DNA of 64,000 nucleotides, taken from assembly GCA_964497315.1 (NCBI GenBank), contig CAZCCH010000002.1, forward strand, positions 17,519-81,518, written 5' to 3'. The stretch's first letter is position 1; each line of letters starts with the position of its first letter. The notes under the pieces are model-generated. The model did no database searches and was not told the origin of the DNA. It saw only the letters and a program-made list of their open reading frames with translations. The DNA comes from an uncultured Planctomycetia bacterium. Its GTDB lineage: Bacteria > Omnitrophota > Gorgyraeia > Taenaricolales > CAZCCH01. This document shows, piece by piece, positions 45,681 to 54,569 of the stretch. The position numbers and the translations under genes are program-made.

Positions 45681-47036
45681 ATGAAAGTATTACTGGTTAA
45701 TCCTCCACCGGAACAAATAATAGAACCATGGGATGAACTCGCTTATCCGCATTTGGGCTTAGCTTATTTAGCCGCTTTTTTAAAGAAAAATGGCGTAGGT
45801 GTTTCAATTATAGATGGCAAATTTGAAAAATTAAATATTGATCAAATAGCGGAAAAAACAAAGCGCATCTCTCCTGACATAATTGGCATTACAGCAATGA
45901 CTAATTATATAAAAGCATCTGCATGTATGGCTAAAAGGTTAAAAGAAATATTTCCCGATGCTGCTTTTTTAGTTGGTGGCGCGCACCCAACGGCGTTACC
46001 TACGGAAACATTGAGGGAATTTCCAGTTTTTGATTTGGCCATAATGGGCGAAGGGGAAAAAACTTTATTTGAAATTGCTGAATCCAAATCTAATCAGTGG
46101 CATTCAATTCAAGGGATAGCATATAAAAAAAGTGGGACAATAACTCAAAATTCTGCTCGTGAAAAAATTGAAGATTTAGATTCTTTACCCTTTCCGGCCT
46201 GGGATATCTTGCCCCGTGCAAAAACATATCCTTTAATAACTTCAAGGGGGTGTCCTTTTAGGTGTATTTTTTGCATGAGATTGCATGGCAATAAAATACG
46301 CTTGCGTACCACAAGCAACGTATTACAAGAAATGGAAATTTTAGCTGAAGAATATGGTGTCCGGCATATTCCTATAATGGATGAAATATTCACTATTAAT
46401 AAAGATAGAGTTTCAGCAATCTGCAACTCCATGATTACTGAAGGGTTAAATAAAAAACTTACATGGGGTGTAAATTCAAGAGTCACTGGAATTAGTCTTG
46501 AAATGTTTAAAAAAATGCATGAAGCAGGTTGTAGAAAAATAGATTTTGGAGTAGAGTCAGGAAATAATGAAATTTTAAAAATGATTGATAAAGGAATTAC
46601 TACAAAAGATGCTATATCGGCCGTTAAATTGGCTAAAAAAGCACGCATAAAAACTCATAGTTTATTTATCTTAGGTCACCCCCATGAAACTCAAAAAACA
46701 ATTCAGGATACTACCAAATTGATCGTCAAATTAAATACTACTTATTTATCTGTAGGCATTATGGTTCCTTATCCGGGTACAAAGGTATATGAAATGGCCA
46801 GGGCCGGTTTAGGTGGCTATCAAATAATGAGTCGTGATTGGAATGATTATAATAAACAAATAGGAAATGCCTTAGAACTAAAAAATTTAAATAGAAAAAC
46901 GCTAGAGAGGCAGCAGGTTATTTCTTATCTTAAATTCTATTTGTGTAATTTTAGGTTAATAGGTTTACTTAAATTTTTGCTTTCGTATAGAAAGGCGGCT
47001 TATTTCTATCTGAAGAATAAGCTATTGAGGATATAA
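45681..47036 (+). CDS. B12-binding (cobalamin-dependent) radical SAM protein
   Basis: An N-terminal B12-binding domain (MKVLLVNPPP...GITAMT...GGAHPT) is followed by a radical SAM core (CPFRCIFC). The likely start is the MKVLL at 45681 rather than the track start at 45618. Confidence 0.8.
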   Translation: MKVLLVNPPPEQIIEPWDELAYPHLGLAYLAAFLKKNGVGVSIIDGKFEKLNIDQIAEKTKRISPDIIGITAMTNYIKASACMAKRLKEIFPDAAFLVGGAHPTALPTETLREFPVFDLAIMGEGEKTLFEIAESKSNQWHSIQGIAYKKSGTITQNSAREKIEDLDSLPFPAWDILPRAKTYPLITSRGCPFRCIFCMRLHGNKIRLRTTSNVLQEMEILAEEYGVRHIPIMDEIFTINKDRVSAICNSMITEGLNKKLTWGVNSRVTGISLEMFKKMHEAGCRKIDFGVESGNNEILKMIDKGITTKDAISAVKLAKKARIKTHSLFILGHPHETQKTIQDTTKLIVKLNTTYLSVGIMVPYPGTKVYEMARAGLGGYQIMSRDWNDYNKQIGNALELKNLNRKTLERQQVISYLKFYLCNFRLIGLLKFLLSYRKAAYFYLKNKLLRI

Positions 47037-47040
47037 ATAA

Positions 47041-47964
47041 ATGCCAACGATATTTTCCATTATTATTCCTGTAAAAAATGGAGAGAAAACTATAAAAAAA
47101 TGTATAGATTCGCTGTTAAATCTAGATTGCGAAAATTTTGACATACTTGTGGTTGACGATGGTTCAAAGGATAACACTTTAAAAATTTTAAAAGATTACA
47201 CGAAAAAGATAAAGCTTATTACTGTAGATAAAGTTGGTCCATCTAGAGCAAGAAATTTAGCTGTAACGCACGCGGATGCGCAATATATTGCTTTTACAGA
47301 CAGTGATTGTACTGTAGATAAAAATTGGGTAAAAGAACTATTTAAGGGTTTTGAACTATTTCCCGATGCTGTTGCTTGTGGGGGAATTCAAAAATTACCA
47401 AAAGATGCCACAGAATTTGAAAAAAGGGTTTTTTTATTTATGAAAAAAACGGGGTTCGTTTCTGATTATATGCGAACAGCAAAGGACAATAGCATTGTAG
47501 AGGTAAAACACAATCCCTCCTGTAACGTCATGTATAAAAAAGATGTATTTTTAAAAGAAGGTGGTTTCTTAGAAAATTTATGGCCGGGGGAAGATGTGGA
47601 ATTAGATCATCGCTTGATAAAAAATGGACATAAGTTAATTTTTAACCCTAAGGCTGTGGTTTTTCATCACCGTCCTAAAAATCTGAAATCGTTTCTAAGG
47701 ATGATGGATAGATATGGTTGGGCTCAAGGTTTTCTGGTAAAAAAATACGGAATCTTCAGAAGGGTTCATTACGTGCCTTTGGTAAGTTTAGTTGCTTCTA
47801 TTGTTGTCTTAGTTGGTCTGTTTTTAAAGCTTTGGGGCATACCATTACTTTTAGTGCTTAGTTTGCTTTTGCTATTTAGATTTGATTTCCACCTTGCTCT
47901 TCTGGCTCTATTGGGCCTTTTCTTGTGGCAGAAGGGTTTTTTAAAAGGATTTATTAATACTTAA
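47041..47964 (+). CDS. GT2 glycosyltransferase with a C-terminal TM region
   Basis: 307 aa. FSIIIPVKNGEKTIKKCIDSLL...VVDDGSKD...DSD matches a GT-A fold. Confidence 0.8.
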   Translation: MPTIFSIIIPVKNGEKTIKKCIDSLLNLDCENFDILVVDDGSKDNTLKILKDYTKKIKLITVDKVGPSRARNLAVTHADAQYIAFTDSDCTVDKNWVKELFKGFELFPDAVACGGIQKLPKDATEFEKRVFLFMKKTGFVSDYMRTAKDNSIVEVKHNPSCNVMYKKDVFLKEGGFLENLWPGEDVELDHRLIKNGHKLIFNPKAVVFHHRPKNLKSFLRMMDRYGWAQGFLVKKYGIFRRVHYVPLVSLVASIVVLVGLFLKLWGIPLLLVLSLLLLFRFDFHLALLALLGLFLWQKGFLKGFINT

Positions 47965-47970
47965 AACATT

Positions 47971-48714
47971 ATGAAAAACAAAAAGGGTCATTATTCTTAT
48001 TGGGCGAATGCTCTAGAACTACCTCTCTATTCAAAAAAATTAAAATATTGGGGTGAAATGTCATACCTAGCAATGTTAAAAGAGGCCATAACGACAATAG
48101 AGGGTATATCATTATTGGAAATAGGCCCTGGAAAAGGGTACTTCGCAGAAAAGGCAATTGAAAGGGAAATTGATTATTATTCTATCGAAAGATCTGAAAT
48201 TCTAGTTGAGGAGTTATTGCGGAAAAATATAAATGTAATACGTGGGGATGCTTCAATTGTAGATGAAAATATCTTTAAGGATAAAAAGTTTGATGCAGTA
48301 TACCTATCTCATGTCATAGAACATTGCGATACAAGAAAGGAAGTTGAAAACTTAATAAAAAAATGTAGGGGTTGGTTGAAACCAAATGGCTACATTATGA
48401 TAAATGCTCCTAATGTCTTAAGTTATAAATTTGATTTTTGGATATCGGACTATACCCATAATTTTGTTACTACACCTCTTAGAGTAAAAAATTTATTACT
48501 AGATAATGAGTTCGAGCCTCTTTACGAACAAAGAACAGTTTTTGGTCTAAGAAATATTATATTGAGAAAATTTGCAGGTTGCTTATTCTTTCTTTGTCCT
48601 AATGCTATCTTAGATAGAATTGGAAGAATTTTTATGCCAAAAGGAGGAGAAGCTGGCTTTTCTATCTACGGACATGAAAACTTCACCATTATTGCCAAAA
48701 GGATGGAAAAATGA
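47971..48714 (+). CDS. Class I SAM-dependent methyltransferase
   Basis: 247 aa with motif I LLEIGPGKGYFAE. Confidence 0.7.
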   Translation: MKNKKGHYSYWANALELPLYSKKLKYWGEMSYLAMLKEAITTIEGISLLEIGPGKGYFAEKAIEREIDYYSIERSEILVEELLRKNINVIRGDASIVDENIFKDKKFDAVYLSHVIEHCDTRKEVENLIKKCRGWLKPNGYIMINAPNVLSYKFDFWISDYTHNFVTTPLRVKNLLLDNEFEPLYEQRTVFGLRNIILRKFAGCLFFLCPNAILDRIGRIFMPKGGEAGFSIYGHENFTIIAKRMEK

Positions 48715-49436
48715 AAACAAAAGAAGATAATTATGATATAACTTTAAACGAAATCGCATGGCTTCGTAAACCCATGGAAAAAATTCTTAAGAAAATCCAA
48801 AAATATGATTTTATTACCCCGAACTTACTAACTACTCTCTCCTTTGTCTTCGCCTTGATAGCTGCTATATTATTTCTATTGCCAGGCGACTCACGATTAG
48901 CCTTTGGTGCAGCACTGATTATTATTTCATATTTATTAGATTGTGCTGATGGAAGATTGGCGCGTTTGAAAAAGATGGAGTCAAGTTTTGGTTTTTGGTT
49001 TGATAGAATAACTGATCAGATAAAGCTTTCGCTTTTAATTTTATGTCTTGGCATGCGAGCTTATTTCATAGATTTCGCAAGTATTTCTATTTTAATTTTT
49101 AGTGCATTTGTGGTGGTAATTCAACTTGTTAAAGAATTTAATTGGGCGCTATTTGAAATTTTTCTACTCAAAAATAAACCAAAAACAGATTATGGCAAAT
49201 TCATACTGGATAATATAAACATTAAATTTACTAAGCAGACTTTAATAAAGCGGGTTTCTTTTCACATTGTTAGAATTTTGGCTTTTTTGCATTATGAGCA
49301 AATTTTTGTACTAAGCATATTCCCTTGTATCATAAAACCTGAGGCAACCATTTACATCTATGGTATTTTATCCTTAATTTCTCTTATAGGTAGAATTTCA
49401 ATATACGCAAAATTACTTTTAAAAAACAATGCATAA
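48711..49436 (+). CDS. CDP-alcohol phosphatidyltransferase family protein
   Basis: 241 aa membrane protein with the signature D-x2-D-G-x2-A-R...D-x3-D (LLDCADGRLARL...FDRITD). Confidence 0.8.
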   Translation: MKTKEDNYDITLNEIAWLRKPMEKILKKIQKYDFITPNLLTTLSFVFALIAAILFLLPGDSRLAFGAALIIISYLLDCADGRLARLKKMESSFGFWFDRITDQIKLSLLILCLGMRAYFIDFASISILIFSAFVVVIQLVKEFNWALFEIFLLKNKPKTDYGKFILDNINIKFTKQTLIKRVSFHIVRILAFLHYEQIFVLSIFPCIIKPEATIYIYGILSLISLIGRISIYAKLLLKNNA

Positions 49437-50169
49437 AAACCCCATAGCTATAATTCTAGCTGCAGGTAAAGGTATCAGGTTGCAGCCTCTTACGAAAGAA
49501 ATACCGAAACCTCTTATTGAGGTAAACAATGTCCCTATTTTATTTCATACCCTTGAGTGTTTAAAAAAATTAAAAATAGACAAGTGTATTATCGTAGTTG
49601 GATATAAAGCAAAGCTGTTTCAAGAATTGGTAGATAGTAAATATAAACATGATATAGATATTACCTATATTACAAATAAAGATTTTGATAAAACTAACAA
49701 CATGTATTCATTGTGGCTTGCAAGTGATTATCTCAGTAACAACGATTGCATATTAATCGAAGCTGATGTCTTGTTTGATTATAAAATATTGAGTTCTTTG
49801 GATTTTCGTAATCCAACTTCTTTTTGGTTGGTAGATAAATTTAAAGAAAATATGAACGGGGCCCTCCTCATAACAGATAAAACTGGTAAAATTGAAAAAA
49901 TTAAAATAGTAAGAGAAAAATTACTGGAATATAAAAACAACTATTATAAGTCCATTGGTATATTAAAAATTAAAAAAGATTTGGGTAAAAAACTTTCTGC
50001 ATGGTTAAATAAAGAAGTAACGGCTAATAATAAAAATATTTACTATGACCTGGTAATTGCAAAATATTTAAAAGAAGCAAACCTATTTGTAAAATACATA
50101 AATAATCTCAAGTGGTGGGAAATAGATGACGAAAGTGATTTGAAATACGCGCAAAAATTATTTAAGTAA
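49429..50169 (+). CDS. Nucleotidyltransferase (sugar or phospho-alcohol cytidylyl/nucleotidyl transferase, LicC/IspD-like)
   Basis: 246 aa. AIILAAGKGIRLQPLT is the NTP-transferase glycine-rich loop. Confidence 0.75.
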   Translation: MHKNPIAIILAAGKGIRLQPLTKEIPKPLIEVNNVPILFHTLECLKKLKIDKCIIVVGYKAKLFQELVDSKYKHDIDITYITNKDFDKTNNMYSLWLASDYLSNNDCILIEADVLFDYKILSSLDFRNPTSFWLVDKFKENMNGALLITDKTGKIEKIKIVREKLLEYKNNYYKSIGILKIKKDLGKKLSAWLNKEVTANNKNIYYDLVIAKYLKEANLFVKYINNLKWWEIDDESDLKYAQKLFK

Positions 50170-50173
50170 AAAA

Positions 50174-51028
50174 ATGGACGTCCTAAATTATAAAAAAGTC
50201 AAAGAGTTCTGGGAAAATAGATATAAAAGGATAAATGTAGCGGGTGATTTATATCTAGCAAACCTATCTGACAATATTCCCCTACAAGCTATATATAAAG
50301 ATAAGCTGGAAAAACAAATTATAAGCAATAAAGTTTATTTAACTAAAGATATGGATGTATTAGACCTTGGATGCGGAACAGGGAGAATGGCATTGTTTTT
50401 TGCCAAGAAATGCAAACATGTAACAGCTATTGATTTTTCTGCAAATCTTTTAAAGATAGCCGCTAATAAGATAAAAAGTATGGACTTAGACAATATTAAA
50501 TTAATTCAACAATCTATTGCTAATTTTCACAGTAATCACAAATTCGATATTATTTTCATTGGAGGCGTATTGTCCTTTCTGAATGATATAGATGTAGAAA
50601 ATGTAGTGCGCAATATTAAAGATATGCTAAAAGAAAACGGGAAATTGATAATAAGAGATTCTCTTCGTTGGAGAAAAAGATGTGTTTTAAAAGAAAAATT
50701 TATAAATAATTTTAAAGATGATTACAGTATAATATATAGAACAATAGGAGAAATTAAAAGGGTTTTTAAAAAAAATACATTCTATTTAAACTCGGAAAGC
50801 AGCTTAGCTGTTTTCCCTTTCATGGGATTGTACCATTATCCAATAAGGTTAATAGCTGGAAAAAGCAAAATCTATTCCAAATTATCTAAAATCTATTTTG
50901 GGTTAGTCTATCGTTTTATTCCTTATATCCGCTGCTATAAAAATATGAGATTCTATAAAGTGATTTCTTACCTGCTTAATAGGTACGATCAAAGGTTTTT
51001 TATATATTTCCTAAAAAATAGACCCTGA
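50174..51028 (+). CDS. Class I SAM-dependent methyltransferase
   Basis: 284 aa with motif I VLDLGCGTGRMALFFAKK. Confidence 0.75.
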   Translation: MDVLNYKKVKEFWENRYKRINVAGDLYLANLSDNIPLQAIYKDKLEKQIISNKVYLTKDMDVLDLGCGTGRMALFFAKKCKHVTAIDFSANLLKIAANKIKSMDLDNIKLIQQSIANFHSNHKFDIIFIGGVLSFLNDIDVENVVRNIKDMLKENGKLIIRDSLRWRKRCVLKEKFINNFKDDYSIIYRTIGEIKRVFKKNTFYLNSESSLAVFPFMGLYHYPIRLIAGKSKIYSKLSKIYFGLVYRFIPYIRCYKNMRFYKVISYLLNRYDQRFFIYFLKNRP

Positions 51029-51034
51029 AAATCA

Positions 51035-52273
51035 ATGAGAGATACAAAAAATAATTTCTTGCTTCTTCCATCACTATATTTAATATGTTCTAGAATCTCC
51101 TTAGCTATATCTGGTGTATTATTTTGGTGCTTAGCAGCGCGCATTTATTCAATAGAAGATATAGGATTAGGGGCAGCTTTAATCTCAGTCTCTTCTCTTA
51201 TTATCTTTATCTCCTCTCTAGGCATTGCGCCTACTTTTGTAAGATTCCTGCCTCAAAAAGAAAACAAGGGTAAACTATTAGGTACCTTCTTTGGCCTTTC
51301 ACTGTTCTTGTTGGTTGTACTTTGTGTAATATTTCTCATGAATTCAAGTTTCTTTTTACCTAAGGTTGATTTTCTAAAAACTTCCTTTTATCCTTTTGTT
51401 TTCTTTGTTTTTGTTTTATCTATGCAAATTTTTCACACATTGGATAGTGTCTATACAGCCTTTAATGTAACCTGGTTGGTATTATTTAAAAATGTTATTC
51501 AAAATTTCTTAAAGATTGGCTTGCTTCTTTCGCTCTTCTCCTTAGGTAGCTTTGGCATTTTCTCCTCTAATTGTTCAGCAGCAATAGTAGCTATTTTAAT
51601 ATCTGTTATTTATTTTATTAAAAAACATCCATCAATTAACTTTAAACTAGGAATAGACATTTCTGTTCTAAAAAAGCTTCTTCCTTTTTCTTTGACAAAT
51701 TTTTTGAATTCAGCTTCCTTGTATCTTCCTGGAATGGTTTTTCCCATTATCATAATCTCCGCATTTTCACAAAGAGAAGCTGGATTGTTTTACATACCCT
51801 GGATGATATTTCTTACTTATTGCAGTTTTATCACTTCAGTCAATAATATATTTTTAATGAAAGCTTCATATGGCGAAAATATTAAAAAGTTACTTAAAAA
51901 AACAATCGCATTTTCTTTTGCATTGGGACTTGTGGGATTCTTAATTTTTACTATCTGGGGAAATAAGATTCTTCTTATATTTAAGGAAGATTTTTCTCAA
52001 AATTCCCTTATGACTCTAAAGCTTCTTTTTTATTCCATATTCTTTTTTATTATTAACCAGATTTATATTACAATTCTAAATATCAATGAAAAAATACTAA
52101 AATTAGGGATAATTACTTCTTTAATAATCATAAGTATAATTATCTTTACTATAATATTGTTGCCTACAATGAAAACAGAGGGCATGGCATTGGCTTGGTT
52201 AGTTGCCAATCTTATAGGAAGCATTTATGTCTTTGTGGATTTTTTAATTACAGGTAGGAAAATGTTAAAATAG
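51035..52273 (+). CDS. MOP-superfamily oligosaccharide flippase (Wzx-like)
   Basis: 412 aa with 12 or more TM segments and polysaccharide biosynthesis protein architecture. Confidence 0.7.
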   Translation: MRDTKNNFLLLPSLYLICSRISLAISGVLFWCLAARIYSIEDIGLGAALISVSSLIIFISSLGIAPTFVRFLPQKENKGKLLGTFFGLSLFLLVVLCVIFLMNSSFFLPKVDFLKTSFYPFVFFVFVLSMQIFHTLDSVYTAFNVTWLVLFKNVIQNFLKIGLLLSLFSLGSFGIFSSNCSAAIVAILISVIYFIKKHPSINFKLGIDISVLKKLLPFSLTNFLNSASLYLPGMVFPIIIISAFSQREAGLFYIPWMIFLTYCSFITSVNNIFLMKASYGENIKKLLKKTIAFSFALGLVGFLIFTIWGNKILLIFKEDFSQNSLMTLKLLFYSIFFFIINQIYITILNINEKILKLGIITSLIIISIIIFTIILLPTMKTEGMALAWLVANLIGSIYVFVDFLITGRKMLK

Positions 52274-52979
52274 CCACTGTAGCAATGGCTGCTGTATCGC
52301 ATTTTAGAACTGTAGGACCTAAAGAAACTAATTTACAACCTTCCTTTTTTGCTAATCCCATTTCCGACGGACTAAAATCCCCCTCCGGTCCAATAAACAA
52401 TGCCATGCTGGATATTTTTGATTTTGGTAATACACTCTTTAAATCCTTTGTTTCTTCATCAAGGCAGGCTATAAGTTTCAAAGGGTGATTTTTTACCGAC
52501 TTTAAAGCAGTTTTAAAGCTTGTAATATTTTCAATCTTAGGGATATCCCACCTTCCGCATTGCTGTGAAGCCTCTATTGCGATTTTATTCCAACGCTTTA
52601 AGCGAAGTACCTTCTTGGCCTCATTTAGCTTTACAATGGTTCTTTCTGTCTGAATAGGTATAACAATACTCACTCCTAGCTCGGTTGTCTTCTGTATTAT
52701 ATAATCCATTTTATTCTGCTTTGGTACAGCACAAACCAAAGTAATCTTTGGTAGGTTTAAAGGTAATACCTTTCTAACTGATTTAACCCTTACCCTGGCT
52801 TCCCTAGGGGAAATCTTCTCAATAATGCCAACGAACTCTTTTCCTTTGCCATTAAAGGCAACTATGCTATCACCTTCCTTCAGCCTCATTACATCCTTTA
52901 TATGATGAAACCTGTTTCCTGAGATTATAATGGTTGAGTCGTTAACTATGGATTCTGGGGTAACGTAAAATCTACTCAT
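52248..52979 (-). CDS. rsmE: 16S rRNA (uracil1498-N3)-methyltransferase RsmE
   Basis: 243 aa with a PUA-like N-terminus (RFYV...GNRFHHI) and a SPOUT C-terminal domain (GPEGDFSPSE). Confidence 0.85.
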   Translation of the reverse strand: MSRFYVTPESIVNDSTIIISGNRFHHIKDVMRLKEGDSIVAFNGKGKEFVGIIEKISPREARVRVKSVRKVLPLNLPKITLVCAVPKQNKMDYIIQKTTELGVSIVIPIQTERTIVKLNEAKKVLRLKRWNKIAIEASQQCGRWDIPKIENITSFKTALKSVKNHPLKLIACLDEETKDLKSVLPKSKISSMALFIGPEGDFSPSEMGLAKKEGCKLVSLGPTVLKCDTAAIATVAILTFSYL

Positions 52980-54460
52980 TCTTCACCAAAAATACATGCA
53001 GAAAAGATAAAAATCTCAGCATTTTTCTTCCAAGCATCAGCAGGCAGACCTGCCTTGTTGCAGGTATGCGCAAGAAACTCATCCCTATTCCAATCATATT
53101 CTGTAGCTACCTGCGGTAAGAGCAAACCTGAATAAAATCCTTTTCTAATCAAGATACCATGCGTACCAACTTTAATCTTTTCTACATCTTGAATCTTTTC
53201 CAACTCAGATAAAACAGAAATTTCTATTTTTAACTCATCAAGCTCTTCAGCTCCTACCGCAGGAAACCTTGGATCACCGCTTGAAGACTGTATTGCCATC
53301 TCAGCTATAGTATCACATAAAGGCTTATCAGCTATTATGCGACCAATGCACCCTCTAAGGTTTCCATTTTTTTTAATAGTTACAAAGGCACCTTTTTTTG
53401 TAAGTAAAACAGGGTCTTTTTCCTTAAACTTTACTCGCTTTCCTGTTTTAATATAAGTTTCCATAGATTCTTTGGCTATCTTTAATATTCTTGCCTTTTG
53501 AGCTTCTGTTAACATCATTCCTCCTTCGGTATTTTTAAAAGCGGGGCTTTCTGATTGAGGCTCGGGTATTGATGTCTTTTTATAAACAACGGCACTAACA
53601 TAGCCAACAACTTGCCTTTTATCGCCCGTAATATCACCTGAGTTCGCATAATTGAGCACTTCGATATCTTTAGCCCCTATTTTCTCTGCTAACATGAGCG
53701 TGCAAGTAACCGGTGCATATCCACAACAGGGCTGATCTTTAAAAACCCCTCTTTGGAAGATCTCTTTATACTTAAACTCTTTTATTAGATTAATGGTTTC
53801 TGCATCTTGCGTGACTGCTTGGTTATAGCTTTTATAATGAGATAAATCTGTGCTTGCTATAATAACTATATCTTCTCTCTTTGATAATACGTCTAATAAA
53901 ATATCAGAAAGAATATTACAATCTTCATAGTTTGGGTTACCAAAAACAACAGGAACAATTTTAACATCAGGTATTACCTTTTTTAAAAAAGGTAATTGAA
54001 GCTCCAGGGAATTCTCACCTTCAAATACTTCTTTAGAAAACTTTATCCTTTCTGATTTTGATATCATTAAATCAGCTAATTCTTCATCTATTTCAAGATC
54101 TCCCAGCGGAGTAATAAATTCACTAGTCTTATAAACTGAGATACCATCATAATGCTTCCTATGGCTAAATCCTAATATAATAGCTGTTTCTATCTCTTTG
54201 TGTGACAATAAGTTATAGCCATAAGCAGCTACTGCACCTGAAAACATAAGGCCTGCATGTGGAGAGATTATAGCAATTATTTTACCTTCAACTGTGGGTA
54301 CAGTGGCTGAATTTAGGTAGCTGTCAAGTTGCTTATTGAGTGTTTTTTTATTGGAAGGATACCAGTTACCTGCCAAATCTGCTTTTTTAGATTGGGCCAG
54401 GGCTTGGCTATTAAAAAGAATTAAAGACATACACAAGAATACTATAAATTTTGTGCGCAT
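52976..54460 (-). CDS. Signal-peptide-bearing fusion: MEMO1-family (AmmeMemoRadiSam system protein B) domain plus AMMECR1 (protein A) domain
   Basis: 494 aa. Sec signal MRTKFIVFLCMSLILFNSQALA. The Memo region has IISPHAGLMFSG and STDLSHY. The AMMECR1 region has GAFVTIKKNGNLRGCIGRI. Confidence 0.75.
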   Translation of the reverse strand: MRTKFIVFLCMSLILFNSQALAQSKKADLAGNWYPSNKKTLNKQLDSYLNSATVPTVEGKIIAIISPHAGLMFSGAVAAYGYNLLSHKEIETAIILGFSHRKHYDGISVYKTSEFITPLGDLEIDEELADLMISKSERIKFSKEVFEGENSLELQLPFLKKVIPDVKIVPVVFGNPNYEDCNILSDILLDVLSKREDIVIIASTDLSHYKSYNQAVTQDAETINLIKEFKYKEIFQRGVFKDQPCCGYAPVTCTLMLAEKIGAKDIEVLNYANSGDITGDKRQVVGYVSAVVYKKTSIPEPQSESPAFKNTEGGMMLTEAQKARILKIAKESMETYIKTGKRVKFKEKDPVLLTKKGAFVTIKKNGNLRGCIGRIIADKPLCDTIAEMAIQSSSGDPRFPAVGAEELDELKIEISVLSELEKIQDVEKIKVGTHGILIRKGFYSGLLLPQVATEYDWNRDEFLAHTCNKAGLPADAWKKNAEIFIFSACIFGEE

Positions 54461-54494
54461 GGTAAATGAGAGATTTTTTGGTTTTTAGAGGCCT

Positions 54495-54568
54495 TGGTGG
54501 AGCCACCGGGAGTCGAACCCGGAGCTCATCCTTGCGAAGGATGCGTTGTCCCATTCAACTATGGCCCC
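54495..54568 (-). tRNA. tRNA-Ala (anticodon CGC)
   Basis: The reverse complement is GGGGCCA...TGGCTCCACCA, with the G3:U70 identity pair, anticodon arm CATCC-TTCGCAA-GGATG, T-arm CCGGG-TTCGACT-CCCGG and encoded CCA. Confidence 0.8.
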
Positions 54569-54569
54569 G

